64,000 nucleotides of DNA from Devosia sp. (GTDB taxonomy: Bacteria; Pseudomonadota; Alphaproteobacteria; Rhizobiales; Devosiaceae), in assembly GCA_028290665.1 (NCBI GenBank), contig JAQGJK010000026.1, forward strand, positions 90,861-154,860, in the 5' to 3' direction. Of the stretch, positions 28,799-37,987 are shown in pieces. Within the stretch, counting starts at the first letter, position 1. Every line of letters begins with the position of its first letter. The notes below the pieces were generated by a model. It made no database searches, was not told the DNA's origin, and saw only the letters and a list, made by a program, of their open reading frames with translations. The position numbers were made by a program, and so were the translations under genes.

Positions 28799-29812
28799 TC
28801 AGCCAGCTGCCTGCAGTACCGAAATATCAATAGCGGCGAGCGCCCGGAACAACAGCTCCGGCCCAGCGCCAGCTTTCACCGCGTCGACACTGAGAAGCTG
28901 CCGGAACATCCGCGCCCCGGGCAGGCCATTGGCGAGTCCGAGCATGTGGCGCGTGATGGCGTTGAGCCGCGTGCCCTCCGACAATTCCCGCTCGGCATAG
29001 TCGGCCATGCGCGCCATGATCTGAGGCAAGGCGATCGGGGCCGTCCGGTCGCCAAATGCCAGCGCGTCCATCTCAGTCAGCATCATCGGCGAGTGATAAG
29101 CGGCCCGGCCAAGCATTACGCCCGCCACATATGCAAGGTGCGTCTGCACCTCGGCAAGCGTTTCGACACCGCCGTTGAGCAGTACCGGATACGGCGCGAG
29201 CCGCTCCGCCAAACGATATACCCGCTGATGGTCCAGCGGCGGAATACTGCGGTTTTCCTTGGGGCTCAGTCCCTTGAGCCACGCTTTGCGCGCATGGACG
29301 TAAAGCGCATCGGCGCCGGCCGCGATCATCAGATCGGCGAACCGGTCGAGCGGTGCTCCAGTATCCTGATCGTCGATGCCGAGGCGGCACTTCACCGTCA
29401 CCGGACGATCTGTCGCGGCCTTCATCGCCATGACGCAGGCCGCGACAAGTTCGGGCTCCGCCATCAGGCAGGCGCCGAATTTGCCCGATTGCACCCGATC
29501 CGACGGGCAACCGACATTGAGATTGACCTCGGCATAGCCAAAATCGCTGCCGACCTGTGTCGCCTTTGCGAGTTCTACGGGGTCCGAACCGCCGAGTTGC
29601 AGCGCCACCGGCTGCTCTACCGGATCGAACCGCAACAGCCGCTCAAACGGGCCATGCACGATGGCGGCGCTGGTGACCATTTCGGTGAAGAGCAGGGCCC
29701 GCCGACTCAAGACCCGGTGAAAATACCGACAATGCCGATCCGTCCAGTCCATCATCGGGGCAACCGAGAACCGGCGGGCGTCGGACAGGTTTGTAGCAAG
29801 CGGGGGGATCAT
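28799..29812 (-). CDS. dusA: tRNA-dihydrouridine(20/20a) synthase
   Basis: RRFSVAPMMDWTDRHCRYFHR...LNVGCPSDRVQ...VTVKCR. Start placed at ATG 29812. Confidence 0.85.
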   Translation of the reverse strand: MIPPLATNLSDARRFSVAPMMDWTDRHCRYFHRVLSRRALLFTEMVTSAAIVHGPFERLLRFDPVEQPVALQLGGSDPVELAKATQVGSDFGYAEVNLNVGCPSDRVQSGKFGACLMAEPELVAACVMAMKAATDRPVTVKCRLGIDDQDTGAPLDRFADLMIAAGADALYVHARKAWLKGLSPKENRSIPPLDHQRVYRLAERLAPYPVLLNGGVETLAEVQTHLAYVAGVMLGRAAYHSPMMLTEMDALAFGDRTAPIALPQIMARMADYAERELSEGTRLNAITRHMLGLANGLPGARMFRQLLSVDAVKAGAGPELLFRALAAIDISVLQAAG

Positions 29813-29966
29813 TGAGCGAGGCCTTAGCTTAATTGCGCAGGAAAAGCGATCCATCGCGGTACCGGAACCCGATGCTCCTCGATAGCGCGCAAGGCAGGTT
29901 CGACCGCAGCGACGTTGTCGGTGTCGAAGAGAGTACCGACATAGGCAACGCAGAAGGGGGTTTCAA

Positions 29967-31244
29967 ATGAGCAACACAGCGCAGCGACATCGCGTGGTGA
30001 TTATCGGAGGCGGCTTCGGCGGTCTCTGGGCGGCGCAGCACCTCAAGGGTGCGCCAGTCGAGATTGCCCTCGTCGACCGTCGCAATCACCATTTGTTTCA
30101 GCCGCTGCTGTATCAAGTGGCAACAGCTGCCCTCGGCGCCTCTGAAATCGCCTGGCCGATCCGCCATCTGGTGCGAAACCGCCCGGACATCACAACGCTG
30201 ATGGGCGAAGTCACCGGTGTCGATACCGATGCCCGGACCGTTCAACTCGCTGACGGCCTGGTGCTGCCCTATGACAGCCTCGTGATCGCAACGGGCGCCC
30301 GGCATGCCTATTTCGGGCATGACGAATGGGAGCAGTTCGCGCCCGGGCTCAAAACCCTCGAGGACGCGGTGGACATTCGCCGGCGATTGCTGATGGCGTT
30401 CGAGCAGGCTGAGCAGGAACCTGACGCCGAGCGGCGGCAGGCATTGCTAACGTTTGTCATCATCGGAGGCGGCCCTACCGGAGTGGAACTTGCCGGCACG
30501 ATTATCGAACTCGGACGGCTGACGCTGCGCGATGATTTCCGCCGCATAAAGCCCGAAGACGCGCGCGTTGTCGTGGTCGAGGCTGGGGAGCGCCTGCTCG
30601 GGGCCTTCCATCCCGATCTCTCGACACATGCGCAAAAGGCATTGACTGAGCTCGGAGTGGAAGTCCGGCTCGGCCAGCCGGTCACAGCTATTGACGCCGA
30701 GGGCGTGACGATCGACAGCCAGCACCTCGCTGCACGGACCGTGTTGTGGGCAGCCGGCGTGCAAGCTTCGCCGGCGGCAAAATGGCTCGGTGTCGAGGCG
30801 GACAGGGCCGGCCGCGTCAAGGTCAATCCAGACTTGACCGCGCCGGGGCATCCAGAGATTTTTGTCGTTGGCGACACGGCAGCCATCGCGCAACCATCCG
30901 GGAAGCCGGTGCCGGGCGTCGGCGACGCCGCCAAGCAAGGGGGCCGGCACGCTGCGAAAATCATTGCCGCTCGGCTCTCGGGCGACACCGGCATCCAGCC
31001 ATTCGTTTATGCGCACGCCGGTGACCTTGCGACGATCGGGCGGCGCCATGCGGTCATCGATTTCGGCTGGATTCGATTGACCGGCTGGGTGGCATGGTGG
31101 CTGTGGGGCTTTGCCCACATCTATTTCCTCATCGGCGTAAAGAACCGGCTGGCTGTAGCGCTTAGCTGGCTATGGATTTACCGGACCGGCGCGCGCAGTT
31201 GGCGCCTGATCACGAATACGGCAAAGCCGGGGTCCGGGCCCTAG
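29967..31244 (+). CDS. ndh: Type II NADH:quinone oxidoreductase (NDH-2)
   Basis: Two dinucleotide folds, HRVVIIGGGFGGL and TFVIIGGGPTGVELAG, plus a C-terminal hydrophobic tail. Confidence 0.8.
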   Translation: MSNTAQRHRVVIIGGGFGGLWAAQHLKGAPVEIALVDRRNHHLFQPLLYQVATAALGASEIAWPIRHLVRNRPDITTLMGEVTGVDTDARTVQLADGLVLPYDSLVIATGARHAYFGHDEWEQFAPGLKTLEDAVDIRRRLLMAFEQAEQEPDAERRQALLTFVIIGGGPTGVELAGTIIELGRLTLRDDFRRIKPEDARVVVVEAGERLLGAFHPDLSTHAQKALTELGVEVRLGQPVTAIDAEGVTIDSQHLAARTVLWAAGVQASPAAKWLGVEADRAGRVKVNPDLTAPGHPEIFVVGDTAAIAQPSGKPVPGVGDAAKQGGRHAAKIIAARLSGDTGIQPFVYAHAGDLATIGRRHAVIDFGWIRLTGWVAWWLWGFAHIYFLIGVKNRLAVALSWLWIYRTGARSWRLITNTAKPGSGP

Positions 31245-32629
31245 GCTTTGGCGAGCAGCCGATCCGGCGCCGCCCAGAACGGCGGCAGCGCGGCGGCGAG
31301 GTTCGAGAGCGGCATCACTTCGGGCTTCAGCTTTATCCCCAACACTCCACGCATGAAATCGCGGCGAGCCATGATGCGCTCGAACGCGTTAGGGAAATCG
31401 ATTTCCAACTCGTTGCGACCCTTGGCGTCGAGTAGCGCGATGCCGTCCTCGATGTTGACGCCATGATAGGGTGCGCCGACTGCCGGAATGATGTCGCACT
31501 GGATCGCCTGTCCCGACCGCAAGGTTTCGGTCGACCCGGGATAGACCGGCGTGTGCATCCATTCATCGAGATGGATCAGATGGCCGGGGTTGAGCACCAG
31601 GTTGAAAAACGGCGCGCCGAGCCGCCGGCGCACCAGCGCGTCGAGTGTGCCGCCGCTCGTGCCGATACCGATAGTTTCATACCATTCGGCGGCGGTGGCG
31701 AAATATGGCCCCGCCAGTCGTTCGACGTAGTCGGTGGCACCAGACGGCAACTCGCCCGAATCGGCCGCCAGCCAGCCGAGGCGGCTCGATAGTCCGCCCC
31801 AATAGCCCACCGCGGAGCAGATCGGATCGCCTGATTGCAGAACCCGGCCCGTCGGGCTTTCGAGGCCCGACAGGTTTGGCCCGCTGGAGAGCATGGTGTG
31901 GCAGGAGTGCGGGAGCACGCCGAGCCGCATCAAGCCGGCGGCATCGTATTCCGTCATCCCCGGTCGGACGCCCCGGATCAGCCGCTTGATCGCTTCGGAG
32001 GCGGCAATTGCGGAAAACTCGAAGCGCACCAGTTGCACCACTTCGTTTTCGGCGCGGAGGCCAGTCGAACAGTCCATTAGCAGTGCATTAGCGTTGACCA
32101 CCCTGCCCTCCGGTCCCAGCAATCGCCGGAGGGTGTCGATGAGGTAAGCCGGCGTTTCGAACCAGTTGTCGGGCTTTTGCGCTTCGTGGCGGCCAAAATA
32201 TTTCCAGCCAAGCACGCCAACGCGGTGCCGCGGCTCGATCCCGCCGGTGCGCAGCGCCTCTTCGAGTGCCGGAGTTTGCGAACGGTCCTGCCCCATCAGG
32301 CCAAACGGCGGAAATAGCCGCGCTTCCACTTCGATGCCGGCTCGCTCGGCGCGGCCGAGGTTCTCGGGGCCAGCCAGCAAAGTCGGAATTCGACCGGGGA
32401 CAATAATCAGCAGCGCTTCTTCGAACCGCGGGTCAAAACCCGTCAGCCAGGCAAGATTGGCGGCATGCTCGCGGTCGGCATAGATCACCAGCGCGTCAAG
32501 GCTCGCATCGGCCCGGACGCGGCGCAATGCTTCGAAGCGCGCCGCGTAGATGTCGTGGGACAGTTCCGGTTGGTCAGCCGGTATGCCGAAATCCGGAAGC
32601 TTGGCGTCGATCAGGCGAAAATCTGGCAT
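31241..32629 (-). CDS. M24 (creatinase/Xaa-Pro peptidase-like) family protein
   Basis: Creatinase_N-like N-terminus (LDALVIYADREHAANLAWLTGFDPRFEEALLII) and a pita-bread-like C-terminus (NPGHLIHLDEW...CDIIP...NIEDGIALLD). Start placed at MPDFRL (32629). Family assignment by recollection only. Confidence 0.55.
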   Translation of the reverse strand: MPDFRLIDAKLPDFGIPADQPELSHDIYAARFEALRRVRADASLDALVIYADREHAANLAWLTGFDPRFEEALLIIVPGRIPTLLAGPENLGRAERAGIEVEARLFPPFGLMGQDRSQTPALEEALRTGGIEPRHRVGVLGWKYFGRHEAQKPDNWFETPAYLIDTLRRLLGPEGRVVNANALLMDCSTGLRAENEVVQLVRFEFSAIAASEAIKRLIRGVRPGMTEYDAAGLMRLGVLPHSCHTMLSSGPNLSGLESPTGRVLQSGDPICSAVGYWGGLSSRLGWLAADSGELPSGATDYVERLAGPYFATAAEWYETIGIGTSGGTLDALVRRRLGAPFFNLVLNPGHLIHLDEWMHTPVYPGSTETLRSGQAIQCDIIPAVGAPYHGVNIEDGIALLDAKGRNELEIDFPNAFERIMARRDFMRGVLGIKLKPEVMPLSNLAAALPPFWAAPDRLLAKA

Positions 32630-32823
32630 CGGGCTGCTGTCGTTTGCGAACACTCCGGACGCGGCCGGGCGCTGCAGCGGCGCATGGCAGTGATCCGGCG
32701 ATCCGCTGTTTCCGGACTTGGTCTTGAAGGTCATTCAAGCGGGGTTTGCCCGGCGTGGCAACCGTCTTGCGACGCTGCTGGCGGGTGCAGTTGCAGGCGT
32801 CCACAACAATGTACGGCGGACAA

Positions 32824-33279
32824 TCAGTCCGACCCGAACACTCCTGACGCCTGGCCATCGGCACCACCCTTGAACACCGACGTGTTATTGACGAGATCGA
32901 TAGCAAGCTCTGCACCGCGAACCTTACCTTCGGCATTCACCACGAGAACGTTTCCGGTGACGTAGAGCATCTGCGAGCCCGGTTCGAACACGAGGTGGTC
33001 GCCCCTGACCTCCTGCCCGACCATCTTGAGTTGAACAGGACCATCAGCCTCGAAACTTTGAATGTCAGTGTTGCTGCCTGGCGCGTAGGCGACAGTGACT
33101 TTCGGCGCTCGCAACGTAACCAGCGGGTGGACGACGAAGACGTTGCCGGTAAACACTGCGGTGCTGGCGTTATCGTCGACGATTAAATTGTCTGACGCGA
33201 TCTGGAACTGCTGCTGTGCAGCAGCGGCAATCGGGGCGAGCACCAAAAGCGCGGCGAAAATGGCGATGACGAATTTCAA
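32824..33279 (-). CDS. OstA/LptA-like periplasmic beta-jellyroll protein (orphan)
   Basis: Signal peptide KFVIAIFAALLVLAPIAAAAQ, then repeated strands (ASTAVFTGNVFVVHP...LRAPKVTVAY...GDHLVFEPGSQMLYVTGNVLVVN...AELAIDL). Start guessed at TTG 33279. The ORF-track start at 33441 gives an unlikely leader. Confidence 0.5.
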   Translation of the reverse strand: MKFVIAIFAALLVLAPIAAAAQQQFQIASDNLIVDDNASTAVFTGNVFVVHPLVTLRAPKVTVAYAPGSNTDIQSFEADGPVQLKMVGQEVRGDHLVFEPGSQMLYVTGNVLVVNAEGKVRGAELAIDLVNNTSVFKGGADGQASGVFGSD

Positions 33280-33397
33280 AACGGGCCCCTGAGGTTGACG
33301 CGTACGCGATTGCAACGTCGCAGGAGAGCCGGCAAATCTCAGCCTTTGTATGGCATCCCCCGCTTCAGCCTGCGAGATCACCCTGCTAGAATCCGCA

Positions 33398-33443
33398 TTG
33401 ACAAGCCGCCAGTTGCAAATGCTATTAGGAACTATTCGCAACT
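33398..33443 (+). promoter_or_regulatory. Candidate mntH promoter (-35 TTGACA) overlapped by an inverted repeat; possible Mur/Fur-family operator
   Basis: TTGACA at 33398-33403. AGTTGCAAAT (33411-33420), N13, ATTCGCAACT (33434-33443); the arms match 9 of 10. Lies 12 nt upstream of the ORF start. Confidence 0.35.
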
Positions 33444-33454
33444 ATCAAGGTTGA

Positions 33455-34834
33455 ATGCGGCATCTTACGCATTCTTTGGGGAACGGCATGGATATCGGCA
33501 AGCGCGACCTGTTCAGCGGCTGGCGCAGTTCGGGAGGCGATGCCTCTCTGTCAGATGTGCATCGTACCATACCGGTGGCGAAGGGTGGCCCAACCTGGCG
33601 CCGCGCCGCAGCGTTCGTCGGGCCGGGCTATCTCGTTGCCGTCGGTTACATGGACCCCGGCAACTGGGCCACCTCGATCGCCGGCGGCTCGAAATTTGGC
33701 TACACGCTGCTTGTCGTCGCGCTGGTGTCCAACATCATGGCGATCGTGCTGCAATCGCTATGCGCGCGGCTCGCCATCGGCTCGGGCCGCGATCTCGCCC
33801 AGGCCTGCCGCGACGCTTTCCCCCGCCCCGTGGCATTCGTGCTCTGGATGTTGGCCGAAATCGCCATCATCGCGACCGACATCGCCGAAGTCATCGGCAC
33901 CGCAATTGGTCTCAACCTGATCTTCGGCATCCCGCTCGAACTCGGCGTCATCATCACGGCGCTCGATGTGTTTCTCATCCTGTTCCTGCAAAAGCTCGGC
34001 TTTCGCTGGGTCGAGGCGCTGATCGTCGCGCTGCTCGCAGTCATCGCCGTATGCTTCGGCATCCAGATCGCACTCGCCGATCCGAACTGGGGTGAAGTCA
34101 TCCGCGGCTTTGCGCCGACCACCGAAATACTGACCAACCCGGATATGCTGTATCTAGCGCTCGGCATCCTTGGCGCCACTGTGATGCCGCACAACCTCTA
34201 CCTGCATTCCGGCATCGTGCAGACGCGCGACTACGGCACCACTTTGCCCGAAAAGCGTGAGGCGCTGAAATTCGCCACCATTGATTCGACAGTGGCGCTG
34301 ATGTTCGCGCTACTGATCAACGCTTCGATCCTGATCCTCGCTGCGGCGACATTTCACGCCACGGGGCAGACCGAAGTTGCCGAACTCGGCGAGGCGCATA
34401 ACCTACTCGCGCCACTGCTCGGACTGGCAATCGCGCCTACCCTGTTCGGCATTGCGCTATTGTGCTGCGGCATCAATTCGACCGTCACCGCGACATTGGC
34501 CGGACAGATCGTCATGGAGGGATTTCTCCACATAACGCTGCCCCCATGGCTCAGGCGGCTGATCACTCGTGCGATCGCCATCGTGCCTGCGGCGATCGTC
34601 ACCATTTGGTTCGGCGAACAGGGCACCGGGCAATTGCTGATCCTGACCCAGGTGGTGCTGAGCCTGCAGTTGTCGTTCGCCGTGTTCCCGCTGGTGATGT
34701 TCACCGCAGACAAGAAGAAAATGGGTGGTCTCGTCGCCCCCATCTGGCTGATCGCCTTCGCCTATCTCATCGCCATCGTCATCGCGCTGCTCAACATCAA
34801 GCTGTTGTCCGACTTCATCGGCGCGATGTTCTAG
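33455..34834 (+). CDS. mntH: Nramp-family divalent metal (Mn2+/H+) transporter
   Basis: [24 protein letters not shown] (DPGN motif), [12 protein letters not shown], 11-12 TM helices. Confidence 0.9.
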   Translation: MRHLTHSLGNGMDIGKRDLFSGWRSSGGDASLSDVHRTIPVAKGGPTWRRAAAFVGPGYLVAVGYMDPGNWATSIAGGSKFGYTLLVVALVSNIMAIVLQSLCARLAIGSGRDLAQACRDAFPRPVAFVLWMLAEIAIIATDIAEVIGTAIGLNLIFGIPLELGVIITALDVFLILFLQKLGFRWVEALIVALLAVIAVCFGIQIALADPNWGEVIRGFAPTTEILTNPDMLYLALGILGATVMPHNLYLHSGIVQTRDYGTTLPEKREALKFATIDSTVALMFALLINASILILAAATFHATGQTEVAELGEAHNLLAPLLGLAIAPTLFGIALLCCGINSTVTATLAGQIVMEGFLHITLPPWLRRLITRAIAIVPAAIVTIWFGEQGTGQLLILTQVVLSLQLSFAVFPLVMFTADKKKMGGLVAPIWLIAFAYLIAIVIALLNIKLLSDFIGAMF

Positions 34835-35151
34835 TGCTGGGCAGCCTGCGCGGCGTTGCGCTTGCGAGTCTCGGCACCTTTCTTGGCCGAGGCTGAGCGG
34901 TCGGCGGCGGTACGGCTGGCAGCAGCCTTACCGCCTTTTTCGCCGCCGTTGTGTGACGCGGGGTGGCCAGTGTGCTTGCCGCGCCCCGATCCGCCCGGCT
35001 GCTTGCCACCGCCATCGTCCTTGTTGACGGTCGCCCAGGCCCGGCGTTCGGCCTCTTTTTCCGGCACGCCGCGGTCTTCATAGCCCTCGGCGATATGGTC
35101 GGCCTTGCGTTCCTGCTTGTCGGTATACTTCGATTTGTCACCCTGCGGCAT
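34831..35151 (-). CDS. Small basic Gly/Lys-rich protein (stress-protein-like, KGG-like tail)
   Basis: [44 protein letters not shown], followed by [16 protein letters not shown]...[10 protein letters not shown]. Its stop shares the palindrome CTAG with the mntH stop. Confidence 0.6.
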   Translation of the reverse strand: MPQGDKSKYTDKQERKADHIAEGYEDRGVPEKEAERRAWATVNKDDGGGKQPGGSGRGKHTGHPASHNGGEKGGKAAASRTAADRSASAKKGAETRKRNAAQAAQH

Positions 35152-35183
35152 GACAACCTCCTGCTGTGGTTCAGTCTTCTTTC

Positions 35184-35208
35184 AACTCACATTGCAGAGG
35201 GCCGTTCC
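35184..35208 (-). promoter_or_regulatory. EcfG-like (general stress ECF sigma) promoter candidate for the small basic protein gene
   Basis: Minus strand GGAAC (35208-35204), N16, AGTT (35187-35184), 33 nt upstream of ATG 35151. Confidence 0.35.
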
Positions 35209-35209
35209 G

Positions 35210-35234
35210 GGAACCGGAACCAGCCGATGAAGTT
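35210..35234 (+). promoter_or_regulatory. EcfG-like promoter candidate for the DUF3175 gene
   Basis: GGAAC (35210-35214), N16, AGTT (35231-35234), then GGAGG (35246-35250) and ATG 35259. Confidence 0.35.
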
Positions 35235-35258
35235 GGTCGGGACACGGAGGAAGTTGCC

Positions 35259-35561
35259 ATGCCCACAAAACACGCCGCGCCGCCTAAGGACAACAAATGG
35301 TCTGCGGAAGTGACCGAACATTCCGACGCGATGGACCTCAAGGAAGGAGTCTTTGAGTCCGACGACCCAAAGGAGATTGCAAAATCGCTCAAGCGGTCGG
35401 CTGAGGACAGCGATAGAAAAAAGTCCGAACCGTATCAGTCAGCAATGTCGATGCTGACTTTTTACATAAACCGCGCCGGCAAGAACTTGCCGAAAAAGCA
35501 GCTGAAGGTCCTTGAGGACGCAAAAGACGAGCTCCGCAAACTTTTTGGACGCGACGATTAA
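35259..35561 (+). CDS. DUF3175 domain-containing protein
   Basis: MPTKHAAPPKDNKWSAEVTEHSDAMDLKEGVFESDDPKEIAKSLKRSAE...SAMSMLTFYINRAGKNLPKKQ. Good RBS. G+C is visibly lower than in the neighbours. Confidence 0.7.
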   Translation: MPTKHAAPPKDNKWSAEVTEHSDAMDLKEGVFESDDPKEIAKSLKRSAEDSDRKKSEPYQSAMSMLTFYINRAGKNLPKKQLKVLEDAKDELRKLFGRDD

Positions 35562-36532
35562 GGTTTTTGCGTCGCATCCTCTACCGGCATCGGTCCGACA
35601 TCGGAGCGTAACCTCGGCTCCGCTAGATGCTCTTTGTTCGCTGCAAGCTGCCGCTCCCGGAGCCAGATATACAGCCCGGAGCCGATGACGATCGGGGCAC
35701 CAATGAAAATTGAGGCGTCGGGCGGTTGGTTGAACACCAGCCAGCTTGAAATCGTCAGGTACACGATCAGCGAATAGTTGAACGGCGCCAGCACCGAAGC
35801 TGGGGCGTAACGGTGCGCGATGGTCACGAACTGGTGCCCGATCAGCGCGGCGAGACCGATCATCGCAAACGAGAACCAGCCATCCCAGCCGCCAGGCCAG
35901 ATCCAGCCACCGATCGCGAACGGCAGCACACAGAGCGTCGCCACGAGGCCGGCGTAGAACTGCTGCGTTCCCGGCGCATCGACCCCAGCGAGCCGGCGAG
36001 TCAATAGAAAATAAAACGCCGAAAACACCACGCCGACCAGCGAGAAAAACACCGCCGGCGAAAATGCCTCGGTGCCCGGTCGGACGATGATCAGCACGCC
36101 GATGAAGCCGACGCAGATGGCGAGCCAGCGCCGCCAGCCGACCACTTCGCCCAGCAGCGGCACCGACAGCGCGCAGAGCACGAACGGCATGGTGAAGTTG
36201 ATCGAGGCGGTGATGGTCAGCGGCAGATAGGTCAGCGCAAAGAAATTGCCGAGCGTCGAGCCCAACAGGCACAGACCGCGCAGGATTTCGAGGCCGAGAC
36301 TTTTGGTGCGCAGCACTGTCGCGCCCTGCTTCGGGATCAGCAGAACGGAAATCAGCAGCAGCTGGCCGGCATAGCGCACAGCGACCACTTCGATGGTCGG
36401 TATCCCGCTTTGCGACAGCCATTTGGCGAAACTGTCGGTGATGGCAAACAAGAAATAGCCGACGAGCACGAGGCCGATGGCGAGCAGGCGCCGCTCCTCG
36501 ATGCCGGCAACGGGACGGTCGGGGCGCGCCAT
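35558..36532 (-). CDS. DMT-superfamily transporter (two EamA domains)
   Basis: 10 predicted TM helices. LEILRGLCLLGSTLGNFFALTYLPL...WRRWLAICVGFIGVLIIVRPG. Confidence 0.85.
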   Translation of the reverse strand: MARPDRPVAGIEERRLLAIGLVLVGYFLFAITDSFAKWLSQSGIPTIEVVAVRYAGQLLLISVLLIPKQGATVLRTKSLGLEILRGLCLLGSTLGNFFALTYLPLTITASINFTMPFVLCALSVPLLGEVVGWRRWLAICVGFIGVLIIVRPGTEAFSPAVFFSLVGVVFSAFYFLLTRRLAGVDAPGTQQFYAGLVATLCVLPFAIGGWIWPGGWDGWFSFAMIGLAALIGHQFVTIAHRYAPASVLAPFNYSLIVYLTISSWLVFNQPPDASIFIGAPIVIGSGLYIWLRERQLAANKEHLAEPRLRSDVGPMPVEDATQKP

Positions 36533-36533
36533 C

Positions 36534-37448
36534 TCAATCCGCCATTATGAGCGCGGTCTGCACCCGGGCCAGCTGCTGTTCGCGCAACCAAATATAGAGG
36601 CCCGAGCCGATAATGAACGGCGCGCCGACGTAGAACCAGATCTCCGGTGGCTGCTGAAACAACAGCCAGCTGAGCAGCGCCAGATAGAACAGCTGCATGT
36701 AGTTGAACGGCGCCAGCGTCGAGGGCGTCGCATAACGATGCGCCGTGGTCTGGAACTGATGGCCCAGCATCCCACCGACGCCGAGTGCGAAGAACGCAAA
36801 CCAGCTGGCGCCGGTGTCGGGCCACACCCAGCCATTCATCGCGAACGGCGACACGAACAGCAACGCCGTGGCGCCGGCGTAAAATTGCTGGGTGGCGACG
36901 CTATCGACGCCGGCGAGCTTGCGGGTCAGGATCGAATACAACGCCCCCGCCAGGGCCGCGCAAAGGCTGAAAATTGCAGCCGGATGGAAAGCGGCAGTTC
37001 CCGGACGGACAATGATCAGGATCCCGACAAAGCCGATGCAGATGGCGAGCCAGCGCCGCCAGCCGACCTGTTCGCCGAGCAGCGGGCCCGAGAGCGCGCA
37101 GACCATCAGCGGCATGGTGAAGATCAGCGCGCCAGTGACTGGCAGCGGCAGGTAGCGCATGGCGACGAAATTACCGAGGGTCGAGCCGAGCAGGCATAGG
37201 CCGCGCAGAATCTCGAGTAGCAGATTGTTGGAGCGGAACAGCCCCCTGCCCTCGCGTGGCAGGAACAGCAGCAGGATTAGCGCCACGTGCACGCCATAAC
37301 GCATGAAGACGATTTCGGTCGTCGGCATGCCGCTGACGGCCAGCCATTTTGCCGACCCGTCCAGCAGGGTCAGGAAAATGTGGGACGACAGCAACAGGCC
37401 AATGCCGAAGGTCTGGCGCTCCTCGATGGGCGCCACGGGTTGAGACAT
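36534..37448 (-). CDS. DMT-superfamily transporter (two EamA domains), tandem paralogue
   Basis: Collinear with the downstream gene: LEILRGLCLLGSTLGNFVAMRYLPL...WRRWLAICIGFVGILIIVRPG. A 1-nt gap separates the two genes. Confidence 0.85.
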   Translation of the reverse strand: MSQPVAPIEERQTFGIGLLLSSHIFLTLLDGSAKWLAVSGMPTTEIVFMRYGVHVALILLLFLPREGRGLFRSNNLLLEILRGLCLLGSTLGNFVAMRYLPLPVTGALIFTMPLMVCALSGPLLGEQVGWRRWLAICIGFVGILIIVRPGTAAFHPAAIFSLCAALAGALYSILTRKLAGVDSVATQQFYAGATALLFVSPFAMNGWVWPDTGASWFAFFALGVGGMLGHQFQTTAHRYATPSTLAPFNYMQLFYLALLSWLLFQQPPEIWFYVGAPFIIGSGLYIWLREQQLARVQTALIMAD

Positions 37449-37539
37449 CGATAATTCCGGAATGGGCGAGGGAGGTCGCCGAACTTGGTTCAGGCATTGG
37501 ACAGGGCCGCTCCAAAGTCAACCGGCGCGGCGTCAGACT

Positions 37540-37971
37540 TTAGAACCTGACTGCGACCATGATGGCGCCCGCGCCGATCAGCACCACCCCGAACCAGTTG
37601 AGTAACGAAAGCTTCTCGCCGAGAAACAGCGCCGCGAACACCGCGACGAACACCACGCTGAGCTTGTCGATGGGCGCGACCTGTGCCGCATTGCCGAGCT
37701 TGAGCGCCCGAAAATAGGCGAGCCACGACGCGCCCGTGCCAAGCCCCGACAGTCCGAGGAACAGCCAGGTCCGGCCCGGCACCGTGCTGATCGGCTGCCA
37801 GGCGCCGGTAAACGAGACGATTCCTGCCAGTACCACGACAACAACGATAGTCCGCACGAACGTCGCCATGTCGGAGTTGATCGATTCGACCCCGATCTTG
37901 GCAAAGATCGCCGTCAGCGCCGCGAAGATGGCCGAAAGCAGCGCCCAGAACAGCCAGCTGTCGAGCGGCAT
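37540..37971 (-). CDS. Half-size (single EamA domain, about 5 TM) DMT transporter
   Basis: MPLDSWLFWALLSAIFAALTAIFAKIG...APIDKLSVVFVAVFAALFLGEKLS. Start placed at ATG 37971. Confidence 0.75.
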   Translation of the reverse strand: MPLDSWLFWALLSAIFAALTAIFAKIGVESINSDMATFVRTIVVVVVLAGIVSFTGAWQPISTVPGRTWLFLGLSGLGTGASWLAYFRALKLGNAAQVAPIDKLSVVFVAVFAALFLGEKLSLLNWFGVVLIGAGAIMVAVRF

Positions 37972-37987
37972 CCGCACCTCCCAACCG

